A DNA stretch of 64,000 bases, taken from assembly GCF_006345805.1 (NCBI RefSeq), contig NC_043002.1, forward strand, positions 64,728,001-64,792,000, written 5' to 3'. Below, piece by piece: positions 40,254 through 53,483 of this stretch. Source of the DNA: Octopus sinensis (taxonomy: Eukaryota). Under the pieces are notes generated by a model. It had not been told where the DNA came from. It made no database searches and saw nothing but the letters and a program-made list of their open reading frames with translations. Position numbers and translations under genes: made by a program. The stretch's first letter is position 1. Each line of letters opens with the position of its first letter.

Positions 40254-40528
40254 CCAACAACATTTGAGGAACGGCCTCAATAGGCCATTCAACCCACTAG
40301 AAAGAGCAGCCAGGATTCAAACCGCCAAGTAGTAGTAATTCAGAATTTAAAGGAAAATTAAAAAAACATTTACCCCATTCATCTTTATGAATAGGGTAAA
40401 TGTTTTTTTAATTTTCCTTTTTCTTTAAAATTTTCCTTTAATTTCTGAATTACTACTACTTGGCGGTTTGAGTCCTGGGTGCTCTTTCTAGTGGGTCGAA
40501 TGGCCTATTGAGGCCGTTCCTCAATGGT

Positions 40529-40530
<2 letters not shown>
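40254..40530. repeat. Foldback palindrome with arms of about 125 bp and a 4-nt loop (40383-40386)
   Basis: ttgaggaacggcctcaataggccattc... pairs with ...gaatggcctattgaggccgttcctcaa. It is flanked by TA runs. Confidence 0.92.
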
Positions 40531-40571
<41 letters not shown>

Positions 40572-40842
40572 ACATTTGTATACGTTTCCACTATAAAGTC
40601 AAGAGTGATAGAGAATAATACGTCCGTTCTCTGTTGAGCATTTTCCAGTTTCCTATCGTAAAACAAACATTTAGTATATAATATAGGATTTATTAAACAT
40701 CTACAACAGCTGAAATTACAATTCCTCGAGCATTCATTGAGTTATTGACGTTTAGAATACATAATATCCGTAGTAAAGTTAATTGAATACTTTCAAATGT
40801 CGTACAAATCACACACGCTCACATCCTCACAATCAAGCACAT

Positions 40843-40890
<48 letters not shown>

Positions 40891-41048
40891 ACACACGCAC
40901 ATACAGACATAAGGTAAGCATTTGTATAGAAATAGATAAAATACATACATATGTGTGTATAGTTTTGTGCCTGTGTTGTGCGAGTATATGCGTAGATTAT
41001 TGTATATGCTTATGCTGCGTAATTGCGTATTATGGAACATACACATGT

Positions 41049-41097
<49 letters not shown>

Positions 41098-41207
41098 CAT
41101 ACATATATGTATATAAATACTTACATATATATATAAATATATACATGTATATATATATAAAATATATATATATATATAAATACATGCATATACGTATATA
41201 TTGCGTG

Positions 41208-41239
<32 letters not shown>

Positions 41240-42084
41240 ATGTATATATATATATGCATATATATATATGCATATATATATATGTATATATATATATATA
41301 TGATATATATATTATATATATGTATATATATATATATATATTATATTATATTATATTATATTATATTATTATTTAGTTAATTATACGCGGCGCATGCATT
41401 TCCAAGTAATATTTCACTTATTTCATCTTTCTGATGCAGCTCTCTAGTCTATACTGCTTTCTTCCTCCCAACTTCGCTAATTTCCTTTAACTCCTCCTCC
41501 CTCATTCTCGGTTTTGTATCAATCTGCCTGTAACTCTCTCTACCCTCTTTCTCTCGTTGCTCATCGTCCATCTTTCATTTCCTCACGTGACCATCGTCCA
41601 TAATTCTTTCCCTCACGTGTTTCTCCCTCTCTATCTCTCTCTATTATATTTTCTCTTTTAAAAAAAGAAACCGCTTCTCCCAGCGTTGATTATTTTCCTC
41701 TAATTCTAGTCTAACGACCCTTCATGTTTATTTCCGTTTGGTTTCATTGTATGTTTTACTGCCATTTTTTCTTCCCAACTCTCACCCACCATAAATCCTA
41801 AATTGTATTTTAGAATTTATGGCATCAATTGTCTTTGAAGACTCATATTGTCGTTGAATACTCGAGATGAGGAGGAGGTAGGCAGCCGAGAAGTGATAAA
41901 GAGTTCTTTCTCTGTATTTACTTGTCCTGTGGTCCTTTCTTCTCTTGTTGTTTACGTATTTGACTCGAGTTTCGTTTTCACACGTTTGTTTACATATTTC
42001 ATGTTATTTGAACTATTGGTGACGTTCTGTACCTATGTATACATGTATATGTATGTGTATGTATTCGTATGTGTATATATATAG

Positions 42085-42117
<33 letters not shown>

Positions 42118-42137
42118 TATATATATATATATATATA

Positions 42138-42174
<37 letters not shown>

Positions 42175-42420
42175 ATATATAAATGTGTGTGCATATGTAT
42201 ATATATATATATGTGTGTATATATATATGTATATAATATATATATATACATATATACACTATATATATACATACAAACAAAACATATATATATATATAAT
42301 TTATATGAATATATTATTTTATATGTATACATATATATATATATATATACTTACATATATATATATATTATATATATATATATATAAATACATACACATA
42401 TATATACATGTATATATGTG

Positions 42421-42711
42421 CAGTGGTCAACTGAGTCTCAATCGAGGGGCCTACCGCCACTACAAGGGGGGCCACCAGCAGATAAGAACGGCCCAACCAC
42501 AACTATAATATTATCACTTGAACTTTTTTATTAAAAGTATTCTTTTCAACTCTCTAGAAACACAACCATGCCGAAATAATTAATGCATTCTTCCAGGTGT
42601 GAATAAAAAAAATCCTCGAACTTGAGGTGATGGGCCCTCATGTATATTCTATTGGTGCAGGAGCCCACTTGCCATCGGGGGCAAGCTGACAAACTGGCCG
42701 GTCCGTCACTG
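42421..42711. mobile_element. Probable hAT-type MITE
   Basis: CAGTG...CACTG termini. Flanks tatatgtg/tatatgta give a 7/8 TSD, but in low-complexity sequence. The interior is GC-richer. Confidence 0.55.
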
Positions 42712-42973
42712 TATATGTATATATATACATATATATATATATAGGTAAATCAATTTGAGAATTTGAAGAGGAAATACGAAACCGTTTACTTCTCTGCAAA
42801 CTATGTCACTATACGCAAGATTTTATTACATTTTTCTAACATAACGATTTCAATATATCCTTTAACCATATAACACAAGCCTTCTGTAGTTTTTTCACTC
42901 CTATATATATATATACTCTGTTTGTGTGTGCTTGTGTGTGTGTGTGTGTGTGGTGTGTGTATGTATGTTACAT

Positions 42974-43304
42974 TCTTTTATTCTTTAATTTGTTTTTAGA
43001 CATTTGACTGCGACAATGCTGGAACACCGCATTTGGTCGAAAATATCGATCCCAAGACTTATTCTTTCTAAGCCTAATACTTATTCTATCGCTTTTATTT
43101 GTCGAACCGCTAAGTTACACGGACGTAAAGGCACACACAAATTCATATATATATATATATATACGACGAGAGTCTTTCAGTTTCCATCTACCAAATCCAC
43201 AAGACTCTCGTAGAAGACAATTGACCAAGGTGCCACGCAGTGGGACTGAACCCATTGCCATGTGGTTGGTAAGCAAGCTACTTACCACGCATCCACTCCT
43301 GCGC
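42974..43304 (-). mobile_element. Family C SINE
   Basis: Matches 34031-34485. Confidence 0.85.
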
Positions 43305-43849
43305 GTGTACCAACATATTTATTTATCACTGGACATTAATGTTTTGTAACTGACTATTTTTCTGTTACATTTCAGACAGATATACTACTGATATGCTGAA
43401 TCAGAAATATCAGTGTAGCCAATATTCGGCTAAATACCACAAATTTGCTTTTCAGCGTTAAGTTGTCTGAGGTTAACCTCGTGAGTATGTTCCTTAGTGA
43501 CTGAAAAACATCTGCGTCTCTGATCATGTGCAGAAGTAGAGGAGATATGCATAGTCATGCGTTGAGAGATATTCTTTGTCGTAAAGAAATGAAACAAAAT
43601 GAACGTTCGAAGAAAATATTAGCCAATTTCCATGCATTCTAGGGGTTAGCAACTAAGGAACAACAATGGCTGCCCAATAGTAAAAGTCGCATTAATCAAT
43701 GTTATTGGTGCGTTTAGGTAAGGCCACCAAAAATTATTCCATCGAGAAATAAATAAATATCAATCATTCATTAACAATTACATTCTAAGTAACATAATTG
43801 TACGTTTCTTATATAAAACTAGGAAAAAGTGTAACTGAATTAGAGTCCA

Positions 43850-44110
43850 TTAATTCATGTATACATGCATGCATGCATACGTACATACATATCTGCATTC
43901 ATACATGCGTATATATATAAACATACATACATATATATGTATATATACATACAGATATATATTATATATATATATACATACATGTATATATATGCATATA
44001 TACAAATGTATACATACCTGTATATACATATGTATATAATATATATATATATTATATTTATATATACATACATACATGTATATATATATACATACATACT
44101 ATATATATAT

Positions 44111-44141
<31 letters not shown>

Positions 44142-44166
44142 CATAACATGTATATATATACCTACA

Positions 44167-44202
<36 letters not shown>

Positions 44203-44250
44203 CATATATACATATATACATATATATATATATACCTATATAATATATAC

Positions 44251-44299
<49 letters not shown>

Positions 44300-44515
44300 T
44301 ATATATATATACAAATATATATATATACACATCTATATACATATATATATACATATATATATATACATGTTATATATATACATATAATATATATAATATA
44401 CATATATCAACATATATATATATATATACATATATATATACATATAGATATATATAAATACATATATATACATATATATATACATAATAGATATACATAT
44501 ATTTATATATATATA

Positions 44516-44599
<84 letters not shown>

Positions 44600-44600
44600 T
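43850..44600. repeat. About 750 bp of degenerate (TA)n/(TACA)n array
   Basis: Directly visible. It is the source of several Y/I-rich pseudo-ORFs. Confidence 0.95.
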
Positions 44601-45844
44601 ATTACTCCGTCAAACTTTTTTGTTACCAACTTTGATACTGCAAAATCCCAAATTTTATTTTGTTTTGCGGGACCAACTGTTTTCTCGAAGGTACATATGG
44701 ACGTGAATTACTCGAAATATGAAGTAGAAAAACAGCTGACAACTGATGAAGAGTCGTTCTATATGTATTGTTTTCCATTTCTTTCTCTCGTTGTTAACAA
44801 AAACAGTTTGTTTTCGTATTTCATGTTGTTTACATTTTGTAACGTCTTCTACCTATATATATATATATATATATATATACATACGAGAAAGAAGCAACAA
44901 GAATGGATTAGTTTTTAGTACAATTGTTTCATACAAAGACAGGCTTTATTAAAAGTTGCAAATATTGCAGCAGATAAAAGTGTCCCGTACTCATCAGCTA
45001 AAACACATATGAGTTCTCCAAACATCTTAGTGGGTGAGGCTACACTCATGAAGTATTGGAGATAATTTCATTAAAAGAAGATTCAGGTTGTAAACAGACT
45101 TCCGAAGTTCTTTAATGATGATGCACAGTCTTATCACAGGTTTTAAAAAAGCTTATTAGCTTCACAGAGAAGGTGAATTAATCCGTAGTGTAGGTGTAAA
45201 TTTCCAGAGATATGAGGAGGTGTTTCATACTCACAGACGATGAATTTATCCATCGTTAATCCACAATGAGGTGGGTATAATTTCATGCTATATGATAAGG
45301 TATTTACCACATGACTGTTCTCTTCACAAGACTGCTATGTTATGACTTCTAAAGGCTAATGGAATTTTTGTGGAGCAAAGAAAAGAAACGAAATGAAAAA
45401 GAGAAGAAAAGAAACAAAGAAAGAGGGAAAAAAGAAAAAAAGAAAGAAAAAAGAAAAAAGAAAAAGAAAAAACAAAAAAGGGGAAAAAAGAAAAAAGAAA
45501 AAACGCCCACATAGAGTAATACGTGACACTGAGAGGGAAAAGGGTCGCAGTAACCTACTACACAGAAAAGTTTGTAGACACTGGCTGACTTCGAAATTTG
45601 CAGGAATACTAAGACTATAGGAAATATTATTTTTGACCAGTAAACAGCTATTTATTGCCAACCTGACGTAGCTGAAAGCAGATACTAGAATCTAAAGAGA
45701 TAACAAGGTCAGGAATAGAGGGGTCAAAGGCTATCGTCAAATGGAATCATTAAGAGAAAATAAGTGCATACTATCAAGGGTCATTTAAATTTATTTATTT
45801 ATACTGTTACTGTCTTAAAATGTTGTCGTTACTATCTTCTCTAC

Positions 45845-46147
45845 TCTCGCCGTTACGACACGAGGGTCCCCTGATACGATCAGCGGAACAGCTTGCTCGT
45901 GAAATTAACGTGCAATGGCTGACATTCCACAGGCACGTGTACCCTTAACGTAGTTCTCGGAGATAATCAGCGTGACAAGAGAGTGACAAGGCTGACCCTT
46001 TGAAATACAGTACAACTCATTTTTGCAGCTAGTGGACTGGAGCAATGAAATAAAGTGTCTTGCTCAAGGACACAACGCGTTGCCGGGAATCGAACTCACA
46101 ACCTTACGATCATGAGCCGAATTCCCTAACCACTAAGCCACGCGCCC
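45845..46147 (-). mobile_element. Family B-related SINE
   Basis: Minus strand has A box ggcttagtgg, B box gagttcgattccc, and gtccttgagcaagacacttt. Confidence 0.85.
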
Positions 46148-46629
46148 TCACCGTTACTATCTATACATTGACCGACTACAGGTCAATACTTAGAAGTAAG
46201 TTTACAAGGTGTGGGGGAATTGCTTATTATATTGAAATTTCTTATACTACTTTCAAGGGAGCAGCATTACTTATTTAATTTTGTAATAGAATTATGAAGC
46301 CTTAGTAACTTATTTTATTTAAGTTGTGTTACCTAAATTAGATTAAATTAAAAATTAAAAATTAAAAATTTAAAATTAACTATAGTCAATTAAAACTCCA
46401 TTTAAGCAACGTACAAGTACTATTTGTTTCCTTGTGTTCAAAATCAGGTGCAGTTATAAAGAAGGAGATAACTGTAGTGTGAGAGCTCGCAGTTATCTAC
46501 TTAAAAAATTAAAGTTATGCTATACTAGTAATATAGTTTTCTGGTGCATCTAAGTTAAGTACCACATTCAAGTGAATTCATTAGAATTGACTTGAATCTT
46601 AATTGCTTTTATTGTATATATATATATCG

Positions 46630-46691
<62 letters not shown>

Positions 46692-46739
46692 ATATATGTG
46701 TGGTGTGTGTGTGGTGTGTGTGTGTGTGTGTGTCAGTAT

Positions 46740-47280
46740 AAAAAGGGTTAAGGACGTCGTAAAGACTATTATGAAGTCACTTGGAATGGTTCCAGAAGAT
46801 ACAGAAACCCTTGCTTCGGATCGTGTTAGATGGCGAACAAAGGTGGGGAGTGGAGTAAAAGCATTTGAAGAGGCCAGGATAACACAAGTAAGACTCAAAA
46901 GAGATATAAGGAAGAATGTAACGATCGAGAATATATATGCAGTCTGTGACAATCTATGCCTGTCTTTGGCTGGCTTGAAATCTCATCTGCGAACACATGG
47001 AAAACGAACTTCCACGAACAATTCTAACTATATGTCTGTGCACACCTTTGAATGCAATGTATGCCAGAAGGTTTGCAAATTCAATGGAGGCCTCAAAACA
47101 TATGTGAAGATCAACAAAGAGCAGAACTTATCTGCTGTTCATGGTCCGAATTGGTGGTGCAATCTATGTGGGTGTCTTTTCGGAACATTGCCTTGTTTAA
47201 AATGCCACATCTCATGCCATGATGATTCTAAGGGTAGGCACAGGAAGTGGTCAAACTCTGTATAAGGAGTAGACAACAAC
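46740..47280 (+). mobile_element. 3' fragment of an RTE LINE with three (partly degenerate) C2H2 fingers
   Basis: KRVKDVVK..LASDRVRWR..FEEAR is followed by VCDNLCLSLAGLKSHLRTH, CNVCQKVCKFNGGLKTYVKIN and CNLCGCLFGTLPCLKCHISCH. Confidence 0.85.
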
Positions 47281-47798
47281 CATATATATTCACATATATA
47301 TATACATATATATATATATACATATATATAACTATCCTTAGAATTACTATGCGTACATACGACCGCACGCACGCACGTACACATACACACACACATACAC
47401 ACACTGTGCTACATTCATATGCTTATATATACATACGTATGTGTACAAGCAAACATTTGAAGTCTTCTTTTAAAGCTGTTTTAGATCGTCTATTGCTTTT
47501 GGAATTAGGTTATAAATTATATTGTCTGCGTTCTTTATACTTATTATGGAGTTGCCGTCCTCGTCTTCCCGACTGTACTGATACATCCGCTCTTCATTAT
47601 TATTGCTGGTTTCTCAATTTCGTTTCGTTTACTTCTTAAATTGAATACGAATACAATTTATTTCAACATGTGCTCCAAAATATCGTTAGCGAGCAGTTTC
47701 CTTTAAGTAAGTAAGAATATGTGAGAAAACGTATAAGAAAATAAAAGAGATACTATTTACATATATATGTGCATATATTTATACATGCATACATGCGA

Positions 47799-47849
<51 letters not shown>

Positions 47850-48148
47850 CATGTATATATATATCATATATATATTTATACACTTATATATATATACGTA
47901 TATACTTATATATGCAATGATATCGCAAGCTCACAAGACTCGGCATATACTTAAACGAAAATACTCTCAAGAGTGTAAACACACCAGTCTATATGTGGAT
48001 ATATAAGTATACAGACGCGGCACATACGTATATACACATATCTATGTATGTATATATTATATATATAATATATATTATATATTATATATATAATATATAT
48101 ATATATGTATATATATAATGTGTATACATCTCTATATTTATGGGTATG

Positions 48149-48184
<36 letters not shown>

Positions 48185-48760
48185 CCCGCATACATCACAC
48201 ACACAGAAACACACCCATGCGCACACATATGTTCCCCCAAATATACTGCTGGTTCAGTCACGATTTCTCTCGCAACTATACGTTATTTATGGCATGAAAC
48301 ATGGACGGAACTTGTTTATAACAAGTGCGTATATTAATGTTTCTACTAATGAAAAGTGTTTATAAGGTGCCACAAGTCTGGTCTTCAACTAAAGATATTT
48401 ATGTTGAGAAATAAAACTATTTATTGTGGAATAACAATCTTCGAGACAACTCATTAATCACGAGGTTATCTGCAATAAAATCCTTTCATTATCGCTCTTG
48501 GTATTATTAATATTATTGTGGTGAGTTCAGGAGATTTTTTATGTTTTCTTTTTGCACCTGTTGTATTGATATTTATTATGATTTGCCGTTCGCCCCTGAG
48601 TATGATTGTTTCCAATGTGTTCATACGTACAAAAAAACATACACACATGCATATGTATTTATGTATATATATTTATATATATATATATATAATATATATG
48701 TAATATAAGTATATATATATATATATATATATACATATGTATATATATAATATATACATA

Positions 48761-48834
<74 letters not shown>

Positions 48835-49098
48835 CCCATATGTATATATATATCCACATATATACATATATTTAAACATATACATATATAAATATATAGT
48901 TAATCCAAACGTGAAACAAAGAGAAAGAACAACAAGGCGAGGACGTGGAACACGTATAGTGTTATTGGACGCTCACGAAAAGAAAGAATGAAGGAGGATA
49001 CAAAGTTTAGAGCGGATCTCTTCGACAAAAACATATAGAAAAAAGAAAGGTCCAAAGAAGGGAAGACGGAGAAAGAAAATCCCCGATACACACGCGGT

Positions 49099-49148
<50 letters not shown>

Positions 49149-49442
49149 CAACTTATAAATAAGGGCGCCCTTATTTATAAATTGTTTATAATTTTAACCT
49201 TTAAAGGTATTTTTTAATATACTGGCCATTGATAAAATTTTTTTCGAAAAAAATTTTATCCTACATTGAATATATATACATATGCATATATATATGTATA
49301 CATATAGATATATGATATATATATTTATATATATATATAATATATATATATATAATACATATATATATAACATATATATATATGTATATATATATGTATA
49401 TATATATATGCATATGTATGTATATATATATATATATGTACT

Positions 49443-49478
<36 letters not shown>

Positions 49479-49635
49479 AGTAGTTGAATGAATTATCTTA
49501 TTTAAGGATAATTCGAAAGATAACCGATACCTGGGTAGCAACTTCACATCAGAAAGAACACGGTTGAAGCTACGTCCCTAGGGCATAGACTACGTGTCTT
49601 CGTGCGGAAATGTTTATGTTTATTTTAAAATTACA

Positions 49636-49906
49636 AGTATATGAAAGAACGGAGTTGAACGACTAGTTAACAAATATCCTTTATTCTCGACATATGTTTC
49701 GAAGGCTGCATATTCCTAATTCCGAAGGAATAAGGAGTACATTATGCAGATTTGTCATCAAGCAAATCAAGGAACTTATGTCGACATCAAAATGCACAAA
49801 AAACTTTTAGCTGACCGCTCTCAATTAGGAATATGCAGCCTTCGAAACATATGTCGATAATAAAGGATATTTGTTAACTAGTCGTTCAACTCCTTCTTCA
49901 TATACT

Positions 49907-49907
<1 letters not shown>
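49636..49907. mobile_element. Inverted-repeat element (about 85-bp arms) containing a decayed hammerhead on the minus strand
   Basis: Arms are 49636-49722 and 49823-49907. Minus strand 49772 to 49678 reads UUGAUGA...GCAGCCUUC-GAAACAUAUGUC with helix I pairing 9/11. Confidence 0.75.
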
Positions 49908-49952
<45 letters not shown>

Positions 49953-50286
49953 CATATATATTTACATATATATAAATACTATTATATACATACATATACA
50001 TATATATACATTGCAATATATATATATATATATTATATATATATATATTATATATAAATACATCAAATACAGGACATCACCAATGAGTGAAAAATACGTA
50101 GAAACACGAGCGATAACTACAGGAAAATTAGAAATGAATATGCAATAAGAACAGTACATTACCAACGAGAGGAAAAAACCTAAACACATAATCAGAGACA
50201 AGTACGGGACAGATTACCTAAAGAAATCTACCTCCTCCTCGGTTATCGACTTCTAATAACTCCCTATTTCGCAATTATATGCATGC

Positions 50287-50360
<74 letters not shown>

Positions 50361-50667
50361 AAATGTAGAGATAAGAAAATTTGACAAATCAATATATAAA
50401 GCTTATTATGCACTTGAAGTACCAAAAATCTATATATGTGTACATACCGAAATGTCCAAGATACACACAACACAAATTATATAGAGAATTAAGGGGATCG
50501 AAGAAAAGTATTACAAATAGAACAGCCGTTTGTGAGGCTTCGGTGGTCCAAAATAATATTTGCACATTAATTCCATCGTAGGATGACTCGAGCCGCCGCC
50601 TTCAAGGACAAGATTTTACATATCATGTGCTAAAAGAAACAATATCAAACATACACTCATTTTTCAT

Positions 50668-50806
50668 TATTCATATTTTATGGATATTTGTCCTCATCTT
50701 GTTTTGTTTTTACCACGAAGTTTCGGCTGATATACTCTCCAGCCTTCATCAGGTGTCTTGGGGAAATTCCGAATCTGTGTTCTCATATTTTTTGGATGTT
50801 ATTATG

Positions 50807-50871
<65 letters not shown>

Positions 50872-51003
50872 GAAGGCTGGTGTGTATATCAGCTGAAAGT
50901 TTGTGTCAACGACAAACAAGATGACGAAAAATACCCGTCAATTGTAAATAATATAAATAATGTAAATAATGTACATAATTCATCTCTTAAATATAGAACT
51001 GTA
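50668..51003. mobile_element. Inverted pair of a short Penelope-type terminal repeat separated by (ATT)n
   Basis: Minus copy 50668-50797 and 5'-truncated plus copy 50871-51003 belong to the same family as 62804-62956. Confidence 0.75.
50712..50757 (-). ncRNA. Minimal type I hammerhead motif, slightly mutated
   Basis: GACAC-CUGAUGA-A-GGCUG(loop)CAGCC-GAAAC-UUC-GUGGU. The helix III palindrome is broken (ACUU) and helix I has one mismatch. Confidence 0.6.
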
Positions 51004-51159
51004 GAATCATTTTTGTATTTCACGTATTTCATATGTTTTATATAGTGATCTGTCTGACTAGTTCATTCCTACATTTTATTTTATACCCGATCAAGTTTAA
51101 TACATTTGAGTAGTACTAAGTGTATTTTATACGGAGAATATCTGATTCTCATCTATGAA

Positions 51160-51197
<38 letters not shown>

Positions 51198-51219
51198 ATG
51201 TGTGTGTCTGTGTGTGTAT

Positions 51220-51606
51220 AGGCGCAGGAGAGTCTATGTAAGAAGTAGCTTGCTTACCAACCACATGGTTCTGCGTTCGGTCCCACTGCGTAACACCTTG
51301 AGCATGTGTGTCTTCTATTATAGCCTCGGGCGACCAAAGCCTTGTGAGTGGATTTGGTAAACGGAAACTGAAAGAAGTCCGTCGTATATGTATATATAGG
51401 TATGTGTATATGTATATATAGGTGTGTGTGTGTGTGTGTTTGTCCCTCCTACATCACCTGACAACTGATGCTGGTGTCCCCGTAACTTAGCGTTTCGGCA
51501 AAATACACCAATAGAAAAAATGCTAGGCTTACACTGAATAAGTCTTGGGGTCGCTTTGCTCGACTAAAGGCGGTCCTCCAGGGCCGCAGTGAAATAGCTG
51601 ACAACC
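51220..51606 (+). mobile_element. Family C SINE
   Basis: Head aggcgcaggag...gttcggtcccactgcg, internal TA/TG microsatellite, and tail as in 34031-34485. Confidence 0.88.
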
Positions 51607-51727
51607 ATATAAGAATAAAAGGAAATTTATATAAGATATACATAACATAACGTATATATATATATTATATATATATATATATTTATATATTATATATATA
51701 TATAGATAATATATATATAATATATAT

Positions 51728-51761
<34 letters not shown>

Positions 51762-51764
51762 ATT

Positions 51765-52128
51765 TCAACAATTGAGGGCAAAAATAATTAATTATCAATC
51801 AATTTCACCAAGTGTTCAGTAGCAAGGGACCATTCAAGGCGAATTCAAATATTACATTAATAAAAAGGCTTAGTAAATAAATTACTTTGCCGCATACTGA
51901 ACTCATTAGAAATAGCAGCTTAAAAACTTTTTAAGGCTATTTCTATATAAGAAAAATCTCTCTATATATATTGCTTAATTCAACTCACAAAAGTTTTGTG
52001 AGTGAATTAAGCAAATCACTATATGAGAGAGATTTCTTTAGTATTAGAAATAGCTTAAAAAAGTTTTTAGCTGCTATTTCTAATGAGTTCAGTATGCGGC
52101 CAAAGTAATTTATTTACTAAGCCCTTTG

Positions 52129-52130
<2 letters not shown>
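51765..52130. mobile_element. TA-embedded foldback element containing a palindrome of about 265 bp (51862-52127, centre 51993)
   Basis: The arms pair as aggcttagtaaataaattactttg... / ...caaagtaatttatttactaagcc. Related sequence occurs at 36475-36630 (inverted) and 33391-33475. Confidence 0.88.
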
Positions 52131-52169
<39 letters not shown>

Positions 52170-53320
52170 ATTGAAGAAATTGGAGTCACGCAGTTATTTT
52201 TAGACGCTACATTTTTCCACGCAATGTAGTTATCCCAAAATACAGGTATTTGATTATGCAACTGTTTGTTTTCATATTGAGATCTAGTTGTGTTACCTCA
52301 GGTGATATTCTAGTGTTGTATCCGTTAGTTTTAAATCATTTAGTTCAAAGCTATCCCCTCTGACCGTCTTGGTTTGAATTTAGTAGCAGCTGATAGACTC
52401 ATGGACTGCTATGAAAGTTAAGGGATGGCTATTTTGATACCGGCAGTCCGCTGATTTTTTTCTTGGTTGGCTACATATGTGAATTTCAGTACCTGACCTT
52501 TCGTCGGATATATACACCCATTCACACAGACTCACACATACTCTTCCGCACAGAAACCTATGTATATATACCTAAATACACACATATTCATACCCCCACA
52601 TATACATGCGACCATGCTGGAGCACCGCATTTATTCGAGGAAATCTACCCAGGATTTATTCTTTGTAAGCCTTGTACTTATTCTATCGGTCTCTTTTTGC
52701 CTAACCGCTAAGTTACGGGGATGTAATCACACCAGCATTGGTAGTCAGGCGATGTTGGGTGATGCATACATATATGCGTTTTTCTACTCACATACATATA
52801 TGTATACATACTCATATGAGCTCAGGTACATGCACGTCGATACATATATGTACTCACACATACGCTTATATTCATGTATGTACCCTCACAGTCTCCCAGT
52901 CACATACATACTCACACGCCTGTGTATGCCCACACATATCCACTCCTACACATACTCACACGAAGATACAAATACACATGAACACATGCAAATATATACC
53001 TATAAATACACCTATAGCGATATACCTACATGTATATATACATTCACATGCATAAATGCAAATACACACACACACACATATATATATCTATACACCAACA
53101 AGTATATAATTTCATGGAGTGTAGACACGTGGGGGGGGGGCACCCATACATATAGATATGGAGATAAGCACAATCCGACATGTTTGGGGTTAAAACGGGA
53201 GGGTAAGAACTTACTGAATTATTATTAGTTATTAACCTGTACCTTTCTCTTTCTACTTTAGTACAGTTCTGAGGGTGAACAATTTATACTGTACACTACC
53301 ATGTCCATAACAGAATGTAC

Positions 53321-53402
<82 letters not shown>

Positions 53403-53418
53403 AGAGAGGGAAACAGAT

Positions 53419-53483
<65 letters not shown>

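Noticed and set aside
41960-41975. GAAACUCGAGUC on the minus strand (palindromic helix III-like)
   Set aside because: There is no upstream CUGANGA on that strand.
44743-44765. CUGAUGAAGAG box
   Set aside because: No closing helix II or GAAA follows.
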